Positions 1 to 7,605 of a stretch of 12,236 nucleotides of DNA are shown here, one piece after another. Numbering within the stretch: position 1 is the stretch's first letter; every line of letters starts with the position of its first letter. The notes beneath the pieces are model-generated. The model was not told the DNA's origin. It ran no database searches and was given only the letters and a program-made list of their open reading frames with translations. The DNA is from an uncultured bacterium (GTDB lineage Bacteria > Hydrogenedentota > Hydrogenedentia > Hydrogenedentales > JAEUWI01), in contig CAXBPH010000208.1 of assembly GCA_963977445.1 (NCBI GenBank), forward strand, positions 1 to 12,236, in the 5' to 3' direction. A program made the position numbers and the translations under genes.

Positions 1-204
1 AATCCCAAACCCCGATCCGCCACTGCCGGTGCCCTGGAGGATGTGAAGCTCTTCACCCTCGATGAGCGGGAGATTAACCAGATCCTCGACAAGGGCGTCG
101 CGGTAAAGCTCCTGTTGAATATCATCCATGTTCTCAGCGAACGACTTGAGACGGCCAATTCATGGGTCGCTCAGTTGCGGAATGACAAGAGCAGTTTCGA
201 TTAG
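1..204 (+). CDS. C-terminal part of a cyclic-nucleotide-binding (cNMP/Crp-like sensory domain) protein, 5'-truncated by the window edge
   Basis: Not in the ORF track. Frame +1 translates as NPKPRSATAGALEDVKLFTLDEREINQILDKGVAVKLLLNIIHVLSERLETANSWVAQLRNDKSSFD, then TAG at 202-204. It contains the PRSAT end of the phosphate-binding cassette and the following C-helix. Hand alignment gives 34/53 identical residues to the next gene's product. Confidence 0.88.
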   Translation, partial: NPKPRSATAGALEDVKLFTLDEREINQILDKGVAVKLLLNIIHVLSERLETANSWVAQLRNDKSSFD

Positions 205-283
205 GGATGGCTTTGCGTTCCCTCCATCACGGGGTGGGCTTATGTTCATAAATCGGACACTACTAGTCTGCTGCTACATGGTG

Positions 284-312
284 TCGACATTTACCCGATC
301 CTATGGTATACT
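284..312 (+). promoter_or_regulatory. Putative sigma70-type promoter for the second cNMP gene
   Basis: TCGACA (284-289), a 17-bp spacer and TATACT (307-312) preceded by TG (extended -10). It lies ~55 bp upstream of ATG 366. Confidence 0.55.
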
Positions 313-365
313 GCGGTCACGTGCTTGGGAGTGGGGCAAGAACCGTGTGTCGAGGATATTTTCCT

Positions 366-833
366 ATGGGTTCGCAAGACAAGTACGCCAAATATGTGGA
401 GCGGGTACGTATCTTTAAGGGGCTCAGTTCCCGGGAGGTAGAGGACTTTCTCCATTGCGGCAAAATCATCCATTTTCGTGAAGGACAAACGGTGTTTCAC
501 GAGGGGATGCTGGGGAACAATCTCTTCATCGTCCTCGGTGGCAAGGTGGCGATCTTTAAGAAGAGTCGTATCATCGCCCACTGTGCCGTAGGGGATACTT
601 TCGGGGAGATGGCTGTTTTGAACAACCGTCCCCGTTCCGCCACGGCGAGTGCGCTGGATGACCTCAAGTTGTTTACCATCGATGAGGTTGAATTGAAACA
701 GGTACTCCACCGCCCTTTTGGGCAGAAGATTCTGTTCAACATCATTCACGTACTCAGTGAACGCCTCGAAAACGCCAACGCCCGGGGCAGCGATCTGGCT
801 GATCGTGCGGAGCTGGTCGGCGCATCGCGCTAG
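366..833 (+). CDS. Stand-alone cyclic-nucleotide-binding domain protein (~155 aa, no HTH)
   Basis: Motifs IFKGLS, F..GQTVFHEG..G..LFIVLGGKV, GDTFGEMA and NRPRSATA are canonical for a cNMP domain. I placed the start at ATG 366 (MGSQDK) because GAGGA lies ~9 nt upstream and the predicted promoter overlaps ATG 303. Confidence 0.9.
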   Translation: MGSQDKYAKYVERVRIFKGLSSREVEDFLHCGKIIHFREGQTVFHEGMLGNNLFIVLGGKVAIFKKSRIIAHCAVGDTFGEMAVLNNRPRSATASALDDLKLFTIDEVELKQVLHRPFGQKILFNIIHVLSERLENANARGSDLADRAELVGASR

Positions 834-863
834 GGTTTCGTTGGGTTTCCCCGTGCGGTGCCC

Positions 864-1733
864 TCAGACATCACACAGGTCGATGGCTTCTCGGAGGGAT
901 GTTTCGGGATCCCTCTTGGGGACAAACTCCTGGGCGACGTATCCGGTGTATCCGGTTGCGACAATGGCCCGACAGATGGCGGGGTAGTTCAGCTCCTGGG
1001 TCTCATCAATTTCTGCGCGACCCGGCACGCCCCCGGTGTGGTAGTGGGCGAAGTAGGGATGGAAGTCCGTTATCGTCTGGATCACATCCCCCTCCATGAT
1101 CTGCATGTGATAAATGTCATAGAGCAGCTTGAACCGTGGGGAGCCGACTTCATCGCAGAGGGCCACGCCCCAGGGTGATTTGTCGCACTGATAGTCGGGG
1201 TGGTTCACCTTGCTGTTGAGCAGTTCCATCACGATATTCACGCCGAGGGATTCTGCCAGGGGGGTGATACGCTTCAGGCCCGCAGCACAGTTACGCAGGC
1301 CTTCGGCATCGCTCAGGTCCCGGCGATTTCCCGAGAAGACAATCATGTTGGTCATGCCAGCTTCGGCGATCTGGGGCAGGATCTTTTCGGAGTTTTCCAC
1401 CAAGCTGTCATGGAGCAGGGGGTCGTTCCAGCCGTTGGTGATGTTCCCCGGTCCACCAACCATGGGGCAGACAAGGTTGAAGGGTTTGAGCGTGGGGAGA
1501 TCGTTCACGGGGAGGAGGTCGATACCGCCGATGCCCATGGCCACGGCATGGCCGCAGAGTTCCTCCAGGCTCATGTCTTTGTAACACCACTTGCAAACGG
1601 AGTGATTGATGTTGCCCTTGCGTGCCATGACTTTTTCCTCGCTCTGCGCCGTCGTTGCGCCCAATACCAGGGCCCCGGAAGTACCCGCTATCGCGGCCAA
1701 CGCCGAACGTCGTGAAACACCAGATGATTGCAT
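864..1733 (-). CDS. Tat-exported hydroxypyruvate isomerase-like / AP-endonuclease-2 (xylose isomerase-like) TIM-barrel protein
   Basis: N-terminal SRRSAL twin-arginine motif plus an Ala-rich hydrophobic segment. Family motifs MELLNS, LLYDIYHMQIMEGD, HYHTGGVPGR.E, QELNY and GYVAQEF are present. AGGAG RBS upstream of the ATG. Confidence 0.88.
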   Translation of the reverse strand: MQSSGVSRRSALAAIAGTSGALVLGATTAQSEEKVMARKGNINHSVCKWCYKDMSLEELCGHAVAMGIGGIDLLPVNDLPTLKPFNLVCPMVGGPGNITNGWNDPLLHDSLVENSEKILPQIAEAGMTNMIVFSGNRRDLSDAEGLRNCAAGLKRITPLAESLGVNIVMELLNSKVNHPDYQCDKSPWGVALCDEVGSPRFKLLYDIYHMQIMEGDVIQTITDFHPYFAHYHTGGVPGRAEIDETQELNYPAICRAIVATGYTGYVAQEFVPKRDPETSLREAIDLCDV

Positions 1734-1767
1734 CGTTTGCTCTCCTGTAGGAAGGGGTTACGGTGTC

Positions 1768-1797
1768 ATCATGGTCGACGGGGCCCGAGCAGGTCAA
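1768..1797 (-). promoter_or_regulatory. Possible sigma70 promoter for the isomerase-like gene
   Basis: On the minus strand, TTGACC, an 18-bp spacer and CATGAT, ending ~35 bp upstream of the ATG at 1733. Confidence 0.35.
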
Positions 1798-1820
1798 GGG
1801 TGGGGCGTGTGGGATGTTGA

Positions 1821-1849
1821 ACCACAAAGAACGCAAAGAACACAGAGAA
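1821..1849. repeat. Degenerate 9-bp tandem repeat (accacaaag/aacgcaaag/aacacagag), 3 units
   Basis: Read directly from the sequence: A-rich, T-free, 9-bp period. Confidence 0.7.
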
Positions 1850-1987
1850 GGGTATCGCTGGTGCCGCTTGGGTTATCGTGATGGACGATAGGTTTGTTTG
1901 TAAAACACAGGGGGCAATCCCCGAAGGGGGACCTCGAAAAATGATGTGGGCAGTAAAGCCGACGGTATGTGAGCGAAGCGTACGTTT

Positions 1988-2028
1988 GGGTGCCACGGAC
2001 AAGCCCTGAGGGCTTGCCCGTGCCACCC
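1988..2028. repeat. REP-like imperfect palindrome, copy 1
   Basis: gggtgccacggacaagccc-tga-gggcttgcccgtgccaccc has 19-bp arms with 17 complementary positions. The same arms recur at 9009-9045. Confidence 0.8.
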
Positions 2029-2108
2029 CAACAAACACTGTGTTCCAATAGCGTTTACTGGTAGAGCGCGCAAACCGCTTCGGACTCCCACCCGCGCGTC
2101 CCCTGGAC

Positions 2109-2141
2109 AAAAAACGCCCCGGACCGAGGTCCGGGGCGTTT
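2109..2141 (-). terminator. Rho-independent terminator of htpG
   Basis: Perfect inverted repeat aaacgccccggac-N4-gtccggggcgttt with a T6 tail on the minus strand, ~22 bp past the htpG stop. Confidence 0.85.
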
Positions 2142-2163
2142 GTAACATAGCTTGTGGTGGGTA

Positions 2164-4113
2164 TTAACCGGCCTTCACCATGAGGTCGGCGATGAGCTTG
2201 CTGAACTTGCCGGGGTTGGGCAGGTCACCGCCTTCGGCCAACACGGCCTGGCCGTAGATGAGCTGGGCGTAGTCATCCAACTGGGGATCTTCTGCATTGG
2301 CTTCATAGAGGTCGTGAAGCTTGTTCAGAATGCCGTGGCCGGGGTTGAGCTCCAGGATACGCTTGGAGGTTGGCACGTCTTGGCCCATCTGCTTCATCAT
2401 CTGCTCAAGCTGGGGCGTCAGGCCCTCGCCATCGGTCACGAGGCAGGCGGCCGAGCTGGTCAGGCGACTGGAGAGGCGAACCTCCTTCACGTGGGCGTCG
2501 AGCTTGCCCTGAAGGCATTCGAGCAAGGACTTGAATTCTTTTTCTTTTTCCTTGCGATTCTTCTCGGCTTCTTTCTTCTCGTCTTCGGTACCCAGCTCCA
2601 CCGCACCTTTGCTGATGGACTTGAACTCGAAGTCTTTGTGATTGAAGGTCTGCTGGCACCAGATCTCGTCGACGGGGTCGGGAAGAATCAGTACTTCGTA
2701 GCCCTTGTCGAGGAAGCTTTCCAGGTGGGGGCTTTCTTCAATCTTCGCGCGGGATTCGCCGGTCATGTAGTAGATGGCGTCCTGGCCTTCTTTCATCCGC
2801 TCAATGTATTCGGCCAGGGTGGTGTATTCTTCCTGGCTGTTGGTCGACCAGAAGAGGCACAAATCGAGGACCGCTTCCTGGTTTTCCCGGTCCTGGAAGA
2901 TACCTTCCTTCAATACCCGGCCAAACTCATTCCAGAAGGCAATGTAATCATCTTTGTCTTTGTTGAACTGGTTGCGGAGGAAGTCGAGGATTTTGCCCAC
3001 GATACCTTTGCGCATCCGCTCAATCTGGCGGTTCTGCTGGAGGATTTCACGGGAAATGTTGAGGGAGAGGTCTTCCGAATCAACCACACCCTTCACAAAA
3101 CGAAGGTATTCCGGCAGGAGCTCTTTGCAGTCGTCCATGATGAAGACGCGCTTCACATAGAGATGAACGCCGTGGCGCACGCCATGGTAGTAGAGATCCA
3201 TGGGGGCCTTGGCGGGCACATAGAGGAGGAGGCTGTATTCCAGCGTACCTTCAATTTTCGCCTGAATGCGGGAGGCCGGATCGGTCCAGTCGTGGGCGAT
3301 GTGCTTGTAGAATTCGTTGTACTCTTCGTCCGTAACGTCTTTCTTGTCACGGAGCCAGAGGGCCTTCATGGAATTGAGCGTTTCGGTGGTGACGACGGTC
3401 TTCTCTTCGGCGCCCTCTACCGGCTTGCCATCCTCGCCCTTCTCTGTTTCTTTACGCTCGATGTCCATCTGGATGGGATAAGCCACGAAGTCGGAGTACT
3501 GCTTGACGACCTGGCGAATCTGCCATTCCTGGGTGTAGTCGTTCATACCGTCTTCGGTGTCGGTATCTTTCAGGTGGAGGGTAACCGTGGTGCCCGGTTC
3601 GTCCCGCTCGGTTTCTTCCAGGGTGTAGGTGCCGTCGCCCGTGGATTCCCAACGGGTTGCGGAATCTTCACCGGCCTTGCGGGTAACCAGAGTAACGCGA
3701 TCGGCGGCAATGAAGCTGGAATAGAAGCCCACGCCGAACTGACCAATAAGATCGGCACTTACGCCTTCTTCTTTGCTCTGCTTGATCTTGTTGATGAATT
3801 CTTTCGTGCCGGATTTGGCGATAGTACCGATGAGATCCTTGACCTCGTCCCGGTTCATGCCGATACCGTTATCCACGACGGACAGGGAGCGTGCTTCCTG
3901 GTCGACTTCGATGGCAATACGGAGTTCGGTGCCATCGGCAAGGAGCTCCGGGCTTTTCAAGGCCTCAAAACGGCGCTTATCCAGCGCGTCTGAGCTGTTT
4001 GAAATCAACTCGCGCAGGAAAATGTCTTTGTTGGAATAGACCGAGTGGATCATCAAGTCGAGCAACTGACGTGCTTCGGTCTGGAACTCAAAGGTCTCGA
4101 TAGTGTCTGCCAT
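2164..4113 (-). CDS. htpG: Molecular chaperone HtpG (Hsp90), ~649 aa
   Basis: Hsp90 signatures FQTEARQLLDLMIHSVYSNKDIFLRELISNSSDA, DNGIGM, GTIAKSGT, IGQFGVGFYS, FVKGVVDSEDL.LNISREILQ and ILELNP.H. Start MADTIE at 4113 with a GGAGAG RBS. The 46-aa extension to 4251 is likely non-coding. Confidence 0.97.
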   Translation of the reverse strand: MADTIETFEFQTEARQLLDLMIHSVYSNKDIFLRELISNSSDALDKRRFEALKSPELLADGTELRIAIEVDQEARSLSVVDNGIGMNRDEVKDLIGTIAKSGTKEFINKIKQSKEEGVSADLIGQFGVGFYSSFIAADRVTLVTRKAGEDSATRWESTGDGTYTLEETERDEPGTTVTLHLKDTDTEDGMNDYTQEWQIRQVVKQYSDFVAYPIQMDIERKETEKGEDGKPVEGAEEKTVVTTETLNSMKALWLRDKKDVTDEEYNEFYKHIAHDWTDPASRIQAKIEGTLEYSLLLYVPAKAPMDLYYHGVRHGVHLYVKRVFIMDDCKELLPEYLRFVKGVVDSEDLSLNISREILQQNRQIERMRKGIVGKILDFLRNQFNKDKDDYIAFWNEFGRVLKEGIFQDRENQEAVLDLCLFWSTNSQEEYTTLAEYIERMKEGQDAIYYMTGESRAKIEESPHLESFLDKGYEVLILPDPVDEIWCQQTFNHKDFEFKSISKGAVELGTEDEKKEAEKNRKEKEKEFKSLLECLQGKLDAHVKEVRLSSRLTSSAACLVTDGEGLTPQLEQMMKQMGQDVPTSKRILELNPGHGILNKLHDLYEANAEDPQLDDYAQLIYGQAVLAEGGDLPNPGKFSKLIADLMVKAG

Positions 4114-4208
4114 GTGATTCTCTCCAATGCTTCTGGGCACAAGTTTGTTGGGCAAGCAATGTAGGAAAATGTTGAAAAAGGGCCTGATTCGACCCCTATG
4201 AACCGGGT

Positions 4209-4238
4209 ATTTTAGCGCATAACGGGGTCCAAAGTGAA
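4209..4238 (-). promoter_or_regulatory. Possible sigma70-type promoter for htpG
   Basis: On the minus strand, TTCACT, an 18-bp spacer and TAAAAT, ~95 bp upstream of ATG 4113. Confidence 0.3.
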
Positions 4239-4421
4239 ATAGATGTTCCATGGACCCTTTCCCTTCTACCTGTACGGGTAGCTGTTGCGGCCGTGAGGGG
4301 ATGCCGTAAAACAGGATTTGTCACCCACTCCGACGCCTTCCTGTCGCCAAAACTTGCCCCGAAGACGTTGCTATACGTACCGTATATCCATACAGCCACA
4401 TCAAGAGGATAGTTTCCCACC

Positions 4422-5246
4422 ATGTTTCGAATTCAACTACGCCGTGACGTGTCCCTGGCGACACTCGCTTTTTTAGGCCTGAGCACCAGTATCAGTGCCC
4501 AGACCGCCCCGTCATCCGGTATCCGGTGGATTGACTGGATGTCGGAGCAGGTCGCCTTTGCCCTGGAAGAAGCGGCACCTCCCGAGGGGGTTCCCCAGGC
4601 CCCCGCGGCCACCCATTCCATAGAATCGGTAGAAATTAGCCGATTACGAGAAGAAATACGGCTGCTCCGCGACCTCATAGAGCAAGGCGTGGTGGGGCGG
4701 GTCATTGCGCTGGAAGGGGAGGTCCGTGCCCTGCGCGGTGACCTGCAACAAGCGCAGATTGCGGGCTATGGCGGGATTCAAAGCGTTACGCAGCCCAATT
4801 CGTCCCTTAGTGCAGTGCCCATGCCTCCGGGATTTACCAACCGTAGCCCCGAGCCGATGGCTGCGGAAGTCCTTCGGGAAGCGGTCCCACCCGCGCCTTT
4901 CGAGTTTACCGTGGTGGATGAATGGGGCCGAAGCCCGGAAGTGGTGGCGGAATTGGGTAACGACGCGTCGACCCTGATCGGGATTGCGGGCGTGGTGCCC
5001 CCACGCAGTGCGCAGAAAGACGTGGAAGCGCTCTTGCGGGACCTTCGCGCCGAGTATGAGGCCTATGACAACATCAATATAGAAATTTTCGACACCGAGG
5101 CGGCGGCGGAAGCCTTTGCCACCCAGCAAGACATCGATTCCGCCCACCATATCGCCAGTATCTCCCGCTATAAGGCGTCCAATCGGGATGTGATGGTCTA
5201 CCTGGGGGACGGCAAGCTTTCTCCGGTGCTTCTGCCCTCGGAATAG
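4422..5246 (+). CDS. Hypothetical secreted/periplasmic protein with a coiled coil, a Pro-rich linker and a C-terminal alpha/beta domain
   Basis: 274-aa ORF filling the gap between htpG and UDG. The N-terminus is signal-peptide-like (basic residues, SLATLAFLGLSTSISA-Q). Heptad segment ISRLREEIRLLRDL...VIALEGEVRALRGDL. GAGG lies upstream of the start. I recognise no family. Confidence 0.75.
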   Translation: MFRIQLRRDVSLATLAFLGLSTSISAQTAPSSGIRWIDWMSEQVAFALEEAAPPEGVPQAPAATHSIESVEISRLREEIRLLRDLIEQGVVGRVIALEGEVRALRGDLQQAQIAGYGGIQSVTQPNSSLSAVPMPPGFTNRSPEPMAAEVLREAVPPAPFEFTVVDEWGRSPEVVAELGNDASTLIGIAGVVPPRSAQKDVEALLRDLRAEYEAYDNINIEIFDTEAAAEAFATQQDIDSAHHIASISRYKASNRDVMVYLGDGKLSPVLLPSE

Positions 5247-5258
5247 GTTTTTTTGGGG

Positions 5259-5323
5259 GGGACCCGTGGGACCTGTGGGACCTGTGGGACCTGTGGGACC
5301 TGTGGGACCTGTGGGACCTGTGG
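5259..5323. repeat. 9-bp tandem repeat (GGGACCTGT) x7
   Basis: One variant unit gggacccgt (5259-5267), six perfect units (5268-5321), then gg. Preceded by T7 and a G7 run. Confidence 0.97.
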
Positions 5324-5420
5324 CGTCGGTCTTACTTGGCAATGGGGTGGCCAGTACTACAGCGGCGTTCTTAATCGGATTACCCTGTCTCGCTCTCATT
5401 TCCACCCTTCTGGCTGGCGG

Positions 5421-5429
5421 TGTTATGAT
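5421..5429 (+). promoter_or_regulatory. Putative extended -10 promoter element for the UDG-kinase-regulator unit
   Basis: TGtTATGAT lies 24 bp before ATG 5453, with a GGAG RBS at 5441-5444. No good -35 element. Confidence 0.4.
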
Positions 5430-5452
5430 AGGGGCTTGACGGAGCACCTTTC

Positions 5453-6211
5453 ATGAATCCATCCGAATTGTATCAATCTGCCCTTGAAGACGCCCAGAAC
5501 CTCGTTCGTGAGCTCGGTCGGGGGCCCCGAAAAACGGCCTCGTTGTCTCCCGAGGTGGCGGCAATGCTGGCGGCCTGTGCCCCCTCGGCCATAGCGGAAC
5601 CTTCCACCCTTTCGACGGGTGAGGCGGTGCCCGATCTACGTTCGCTGAATCTCGTCGATCTCGCGGCGGTGGTCCGTGATTGTGAGAAATGCAGTCTGTG
5701 CAAAACCCGCACCCAGACGGTTTTTGGCGTGGGCAACGAAAACGCCGACCTCGTCTTTGTGGGCGAAGCGCCCGGTGCCGATGAGGACGCCCAGGGCGAA
5801 CCCTTCGTGGGCAAGGCGGGTCAGCTGCTCACCGATATCATCACCAAGGGCATGAAAATGCGTCGGGAAGACGTGTACATCTGTAATGTGTTGAAGTGCC
5901 GCCCGCCCAACAACCGCAATCCCAATCCCGAAGAAATGGCCTTGTGCGAGCCCTATCTCGTGCAACAGCTTGCGCAAATCCGCCCCAAGGTCATTTGTGC
6001 CCTCGGCGGCGTTGCTGCGAAATGCCTCCTCCAGACCGAGGACAGCGTGGGCAGTTTGCGGGGTCGTTGGCATAGTTATCAGGGCATCCCGCTTCGCGTC
6101 ACGTATCACCCCGCCTATCTGCTGCGGACGCCCGGCGACAAGGGCAAAACGTGGGCCGATATCCAGGAAGTGATGAAGGTGATGTCGGGCGAGATTGCGC
6201 CACAGGTATAG
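5453..6211 (+). CDS. Uracil-DNA glycosylase family 4 ([4Fe-4S] type)
   Basis: [50 protein letters not shown] and TYHPAYLLR motifs, including the four cluster-ligating Cys. An N-terminal ~65-aa variable extension is present. Confidence 0.95.
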   Translation: MNPSELYQSALEDAQNLVRELGRGPRKTASLSPEVAAMLAACAPSAIAEPSTLSTGEAVPDLRSLNLVDLAAVVRDCEKCSLCKTRTQTVFGVGNENADLVFVGEAPGADEDAQGEPFVGKAGQLLTDIITKGMKMRREDVYICNVLKCRPPNNRNPNPEEMALCEPYLVQQLAQIRPKVICALGGVAAKCLLQTEDSVGSLRGRWHSYQGIPLRVTYHPAYLLRTPGDKGKTWADIQEVMKVMSGEIAPQV

Positions 6212-6215
6212 GGCC

Positions 6216-7595
6216 ATGACCGACTTGAAAACAAATCGCAATCGCCTCTATCGATCCCCGGTAAAGTGGCGTCATTCCATGTATTTCCGGGTGCTGGTCC
6301 TGTGTTGCGTGCTGGTGCTCTGTCTCTTTGCGTCCATCTTTATCATCGTGCGCTACACGATTCGTGAAGCTTCCCAGGAGTTGGAGCAGCAGTCCATCCA
6401 GATAGCGGATGAGCTCTATGATCGCCTGGAAAAGGATCCCGCCCTCGATCATGATTTTCTTGCGGAGAGTCTCATGAAAAACCGGGACAATGTCTATATT
6501 GAGTTGCGGCCGATTCAGGGTGAGAAACCGCCAATGCAGTTTTCCACCGAATACGAGCCCGATGGCACCATGCGGCGTATTGTCACCGTGCCCCTCGATC
6601 GAATCGACGTCAACCTGACCGTCGGGTTCAACACCATGGCCTCCACAGAAATATTGCAGGCCTTCAAGAATCGCTATATCATCATGGTGGCCCTGGTCTT
6701 CATCATTACCCTCTGGATCATGGTCTACTACATCCACAAAATTTTGCGGCCCTTGATGGACCTCTCCGATGCCTGCGCCGCCGTGACGGAGGGCAATCTG
6801 GAGACGGTGCACATTGCGAGTTCGTCGGGCGAAGTGCGTCTGCTCGAAAGTAAATTCAACGACATGGTGGAATCTCTGCGTGAGAAGGAAGTGATGGAAG
6901 TAAAACTTCGTCAGGCCCAACGACTCTCTGCCCTGGGTAACCTGGCCGCCGGGGTGGCCCATGATGTGCGCAACCCCCTCAACGCCATCAAGCTTCTCTC
7001 CAGCCACGCCATAGACTCCCTGCCGGGTGAGCAAAACGCCGCGACGGTCAAGCCCCTCATAACCATTCGTAATGAAGTCGATCGCCTGGAAGATATTGTC
7101 TCCGGCTTTTTGTCCCTCGCGAAAGAGCGCGAGCTGGCCCCGGAACCCAACAAAGTCGATGTAATACTTGCGGATTGCGTGCGCCTTTTCCAGAAAGACG
7201 CCGAGGGCCGTGGGGTAACGTTGGTGGACGAATTGAACGCCCCCGATACCTCGTTGTTACTAGACGGGAAGCAGTGGACCCGCGCCATACTCAACGTGTT
7301 GCTCAATGCCCTGGAGGCCTGTGAAGCGGGGGGGCATGTGCGGCTGAGTTCCCGGCTTCAGAAGGGGATCTGCCACATCAGCATCGAAGACGATGGGCCC
7401 GGTTTGCCCGATAATGTCGTGGAGCAGGTTTTCGACCCCTACTACACCACCAAGCCCGGCGGCACGGGGCTGGGGCTTTCCATCACCCGGGGCATTGTGG
7501 AAGAGCACGGGGGCACCATCGAATTGAACAGCGTGCCCGGTCGGGGATGTCGGGTGCTCATCAGCGTGCCCCTCGAACAGAAAATCATACGATAG
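6216..7595 (+). CDS. Membrane sensor histidine kinase (2 TM, HAMP, HisKA, HATPase_c; NtrB/AtoS/ZraS-like)
   Basis: Two hydrophobic helices and a HAMP domain (ILRPL..L...A...GNL...EV..L...FN.M). H-box LAAGVAHDVRNPL, N-box NVLLNALEA, G1 DDGPG, F-box FDPYYTTK and G2 GTGLGL. I chose ATG 6216 as start; 6279 is an alternative. Confidence 0.93.
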   Translation: MTDLKTNRNRLYRSPVKWRHSMYFRVLVLCCVLVLCLFASIFIIVRYTIREASQELEQQSIQIADELYDRLEKDPALDHDFLAESLMKNRDNVYIELRPIQGEKPPMQFSTEYEPDGTMRRIVTVPLDRIDVNLTVGFNTMASTEILQAFKNRYIIMVALVFIITLWIMVYYIHKILRPLMDLSDACAAVTEGNLETVHIASSSGEVRLLESKFNDMVESLREKEVMEVKLRQAQRLSALGNLAAGVAHDVRNPLNAIKLLSSHAIDSLPGEQNAATVKPLITIRNEVDRLEDIVSGFLSLAKERELAPEPNKVDVILADCVRLFQKDAEGRGVTLVDELNAPDTSLLLDGKQWTRAILNVLLNALEACEAGGHVRLSSRLQKGICHISIEDDGPGLPDNVVEQVFDPYYTTKPGGTGLGLSITRGIVEEHGGTIELNSVPGRGCRVLISVPLEQKIIR

Positions 7596-7605
7596 CGGAG
7601 TATCC

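Noticed and set aside
2152..3993. 613-aa + strand ORF
   Set aside because: It is the antisense shadow of htpG, expected from codon bias in a GC-rich gene, and has no recognisable motifs.
4172..4199. Sigma32-like TTGAAA-N15-CCCCTAT near htpG
   Set aside because: It points away from htpG, and both the spacer and the -10 box deviate from the TTGAAA-N13/14-CCCCAT consensus.
4114..4251. N-terminal extensions in the ORF track (htpG from 4251; also starts at 303, 6195 and 11748)
   Set aside because: The downstream ATGs fit family N-termini, RBS positions or signal peptides better, and the longer starts overlap predicted promoters or the upstream gene.
4644..5447. Minus-strand ORF with collagen-like (GPT)n repeats, and the + strand GTC-repeat ORF at 5253-5456
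   Set aside because: Both are translations of the 9-bp DNA repeat. The longer one is antisense to the 4422-5246 gene.
5453..6211. UdgX (covalent uracil-trapping) assignment
   Set aside because: The KRRIH loop is absent. The sequence has the ordinary family-4 KCRPP.NR.P motif.
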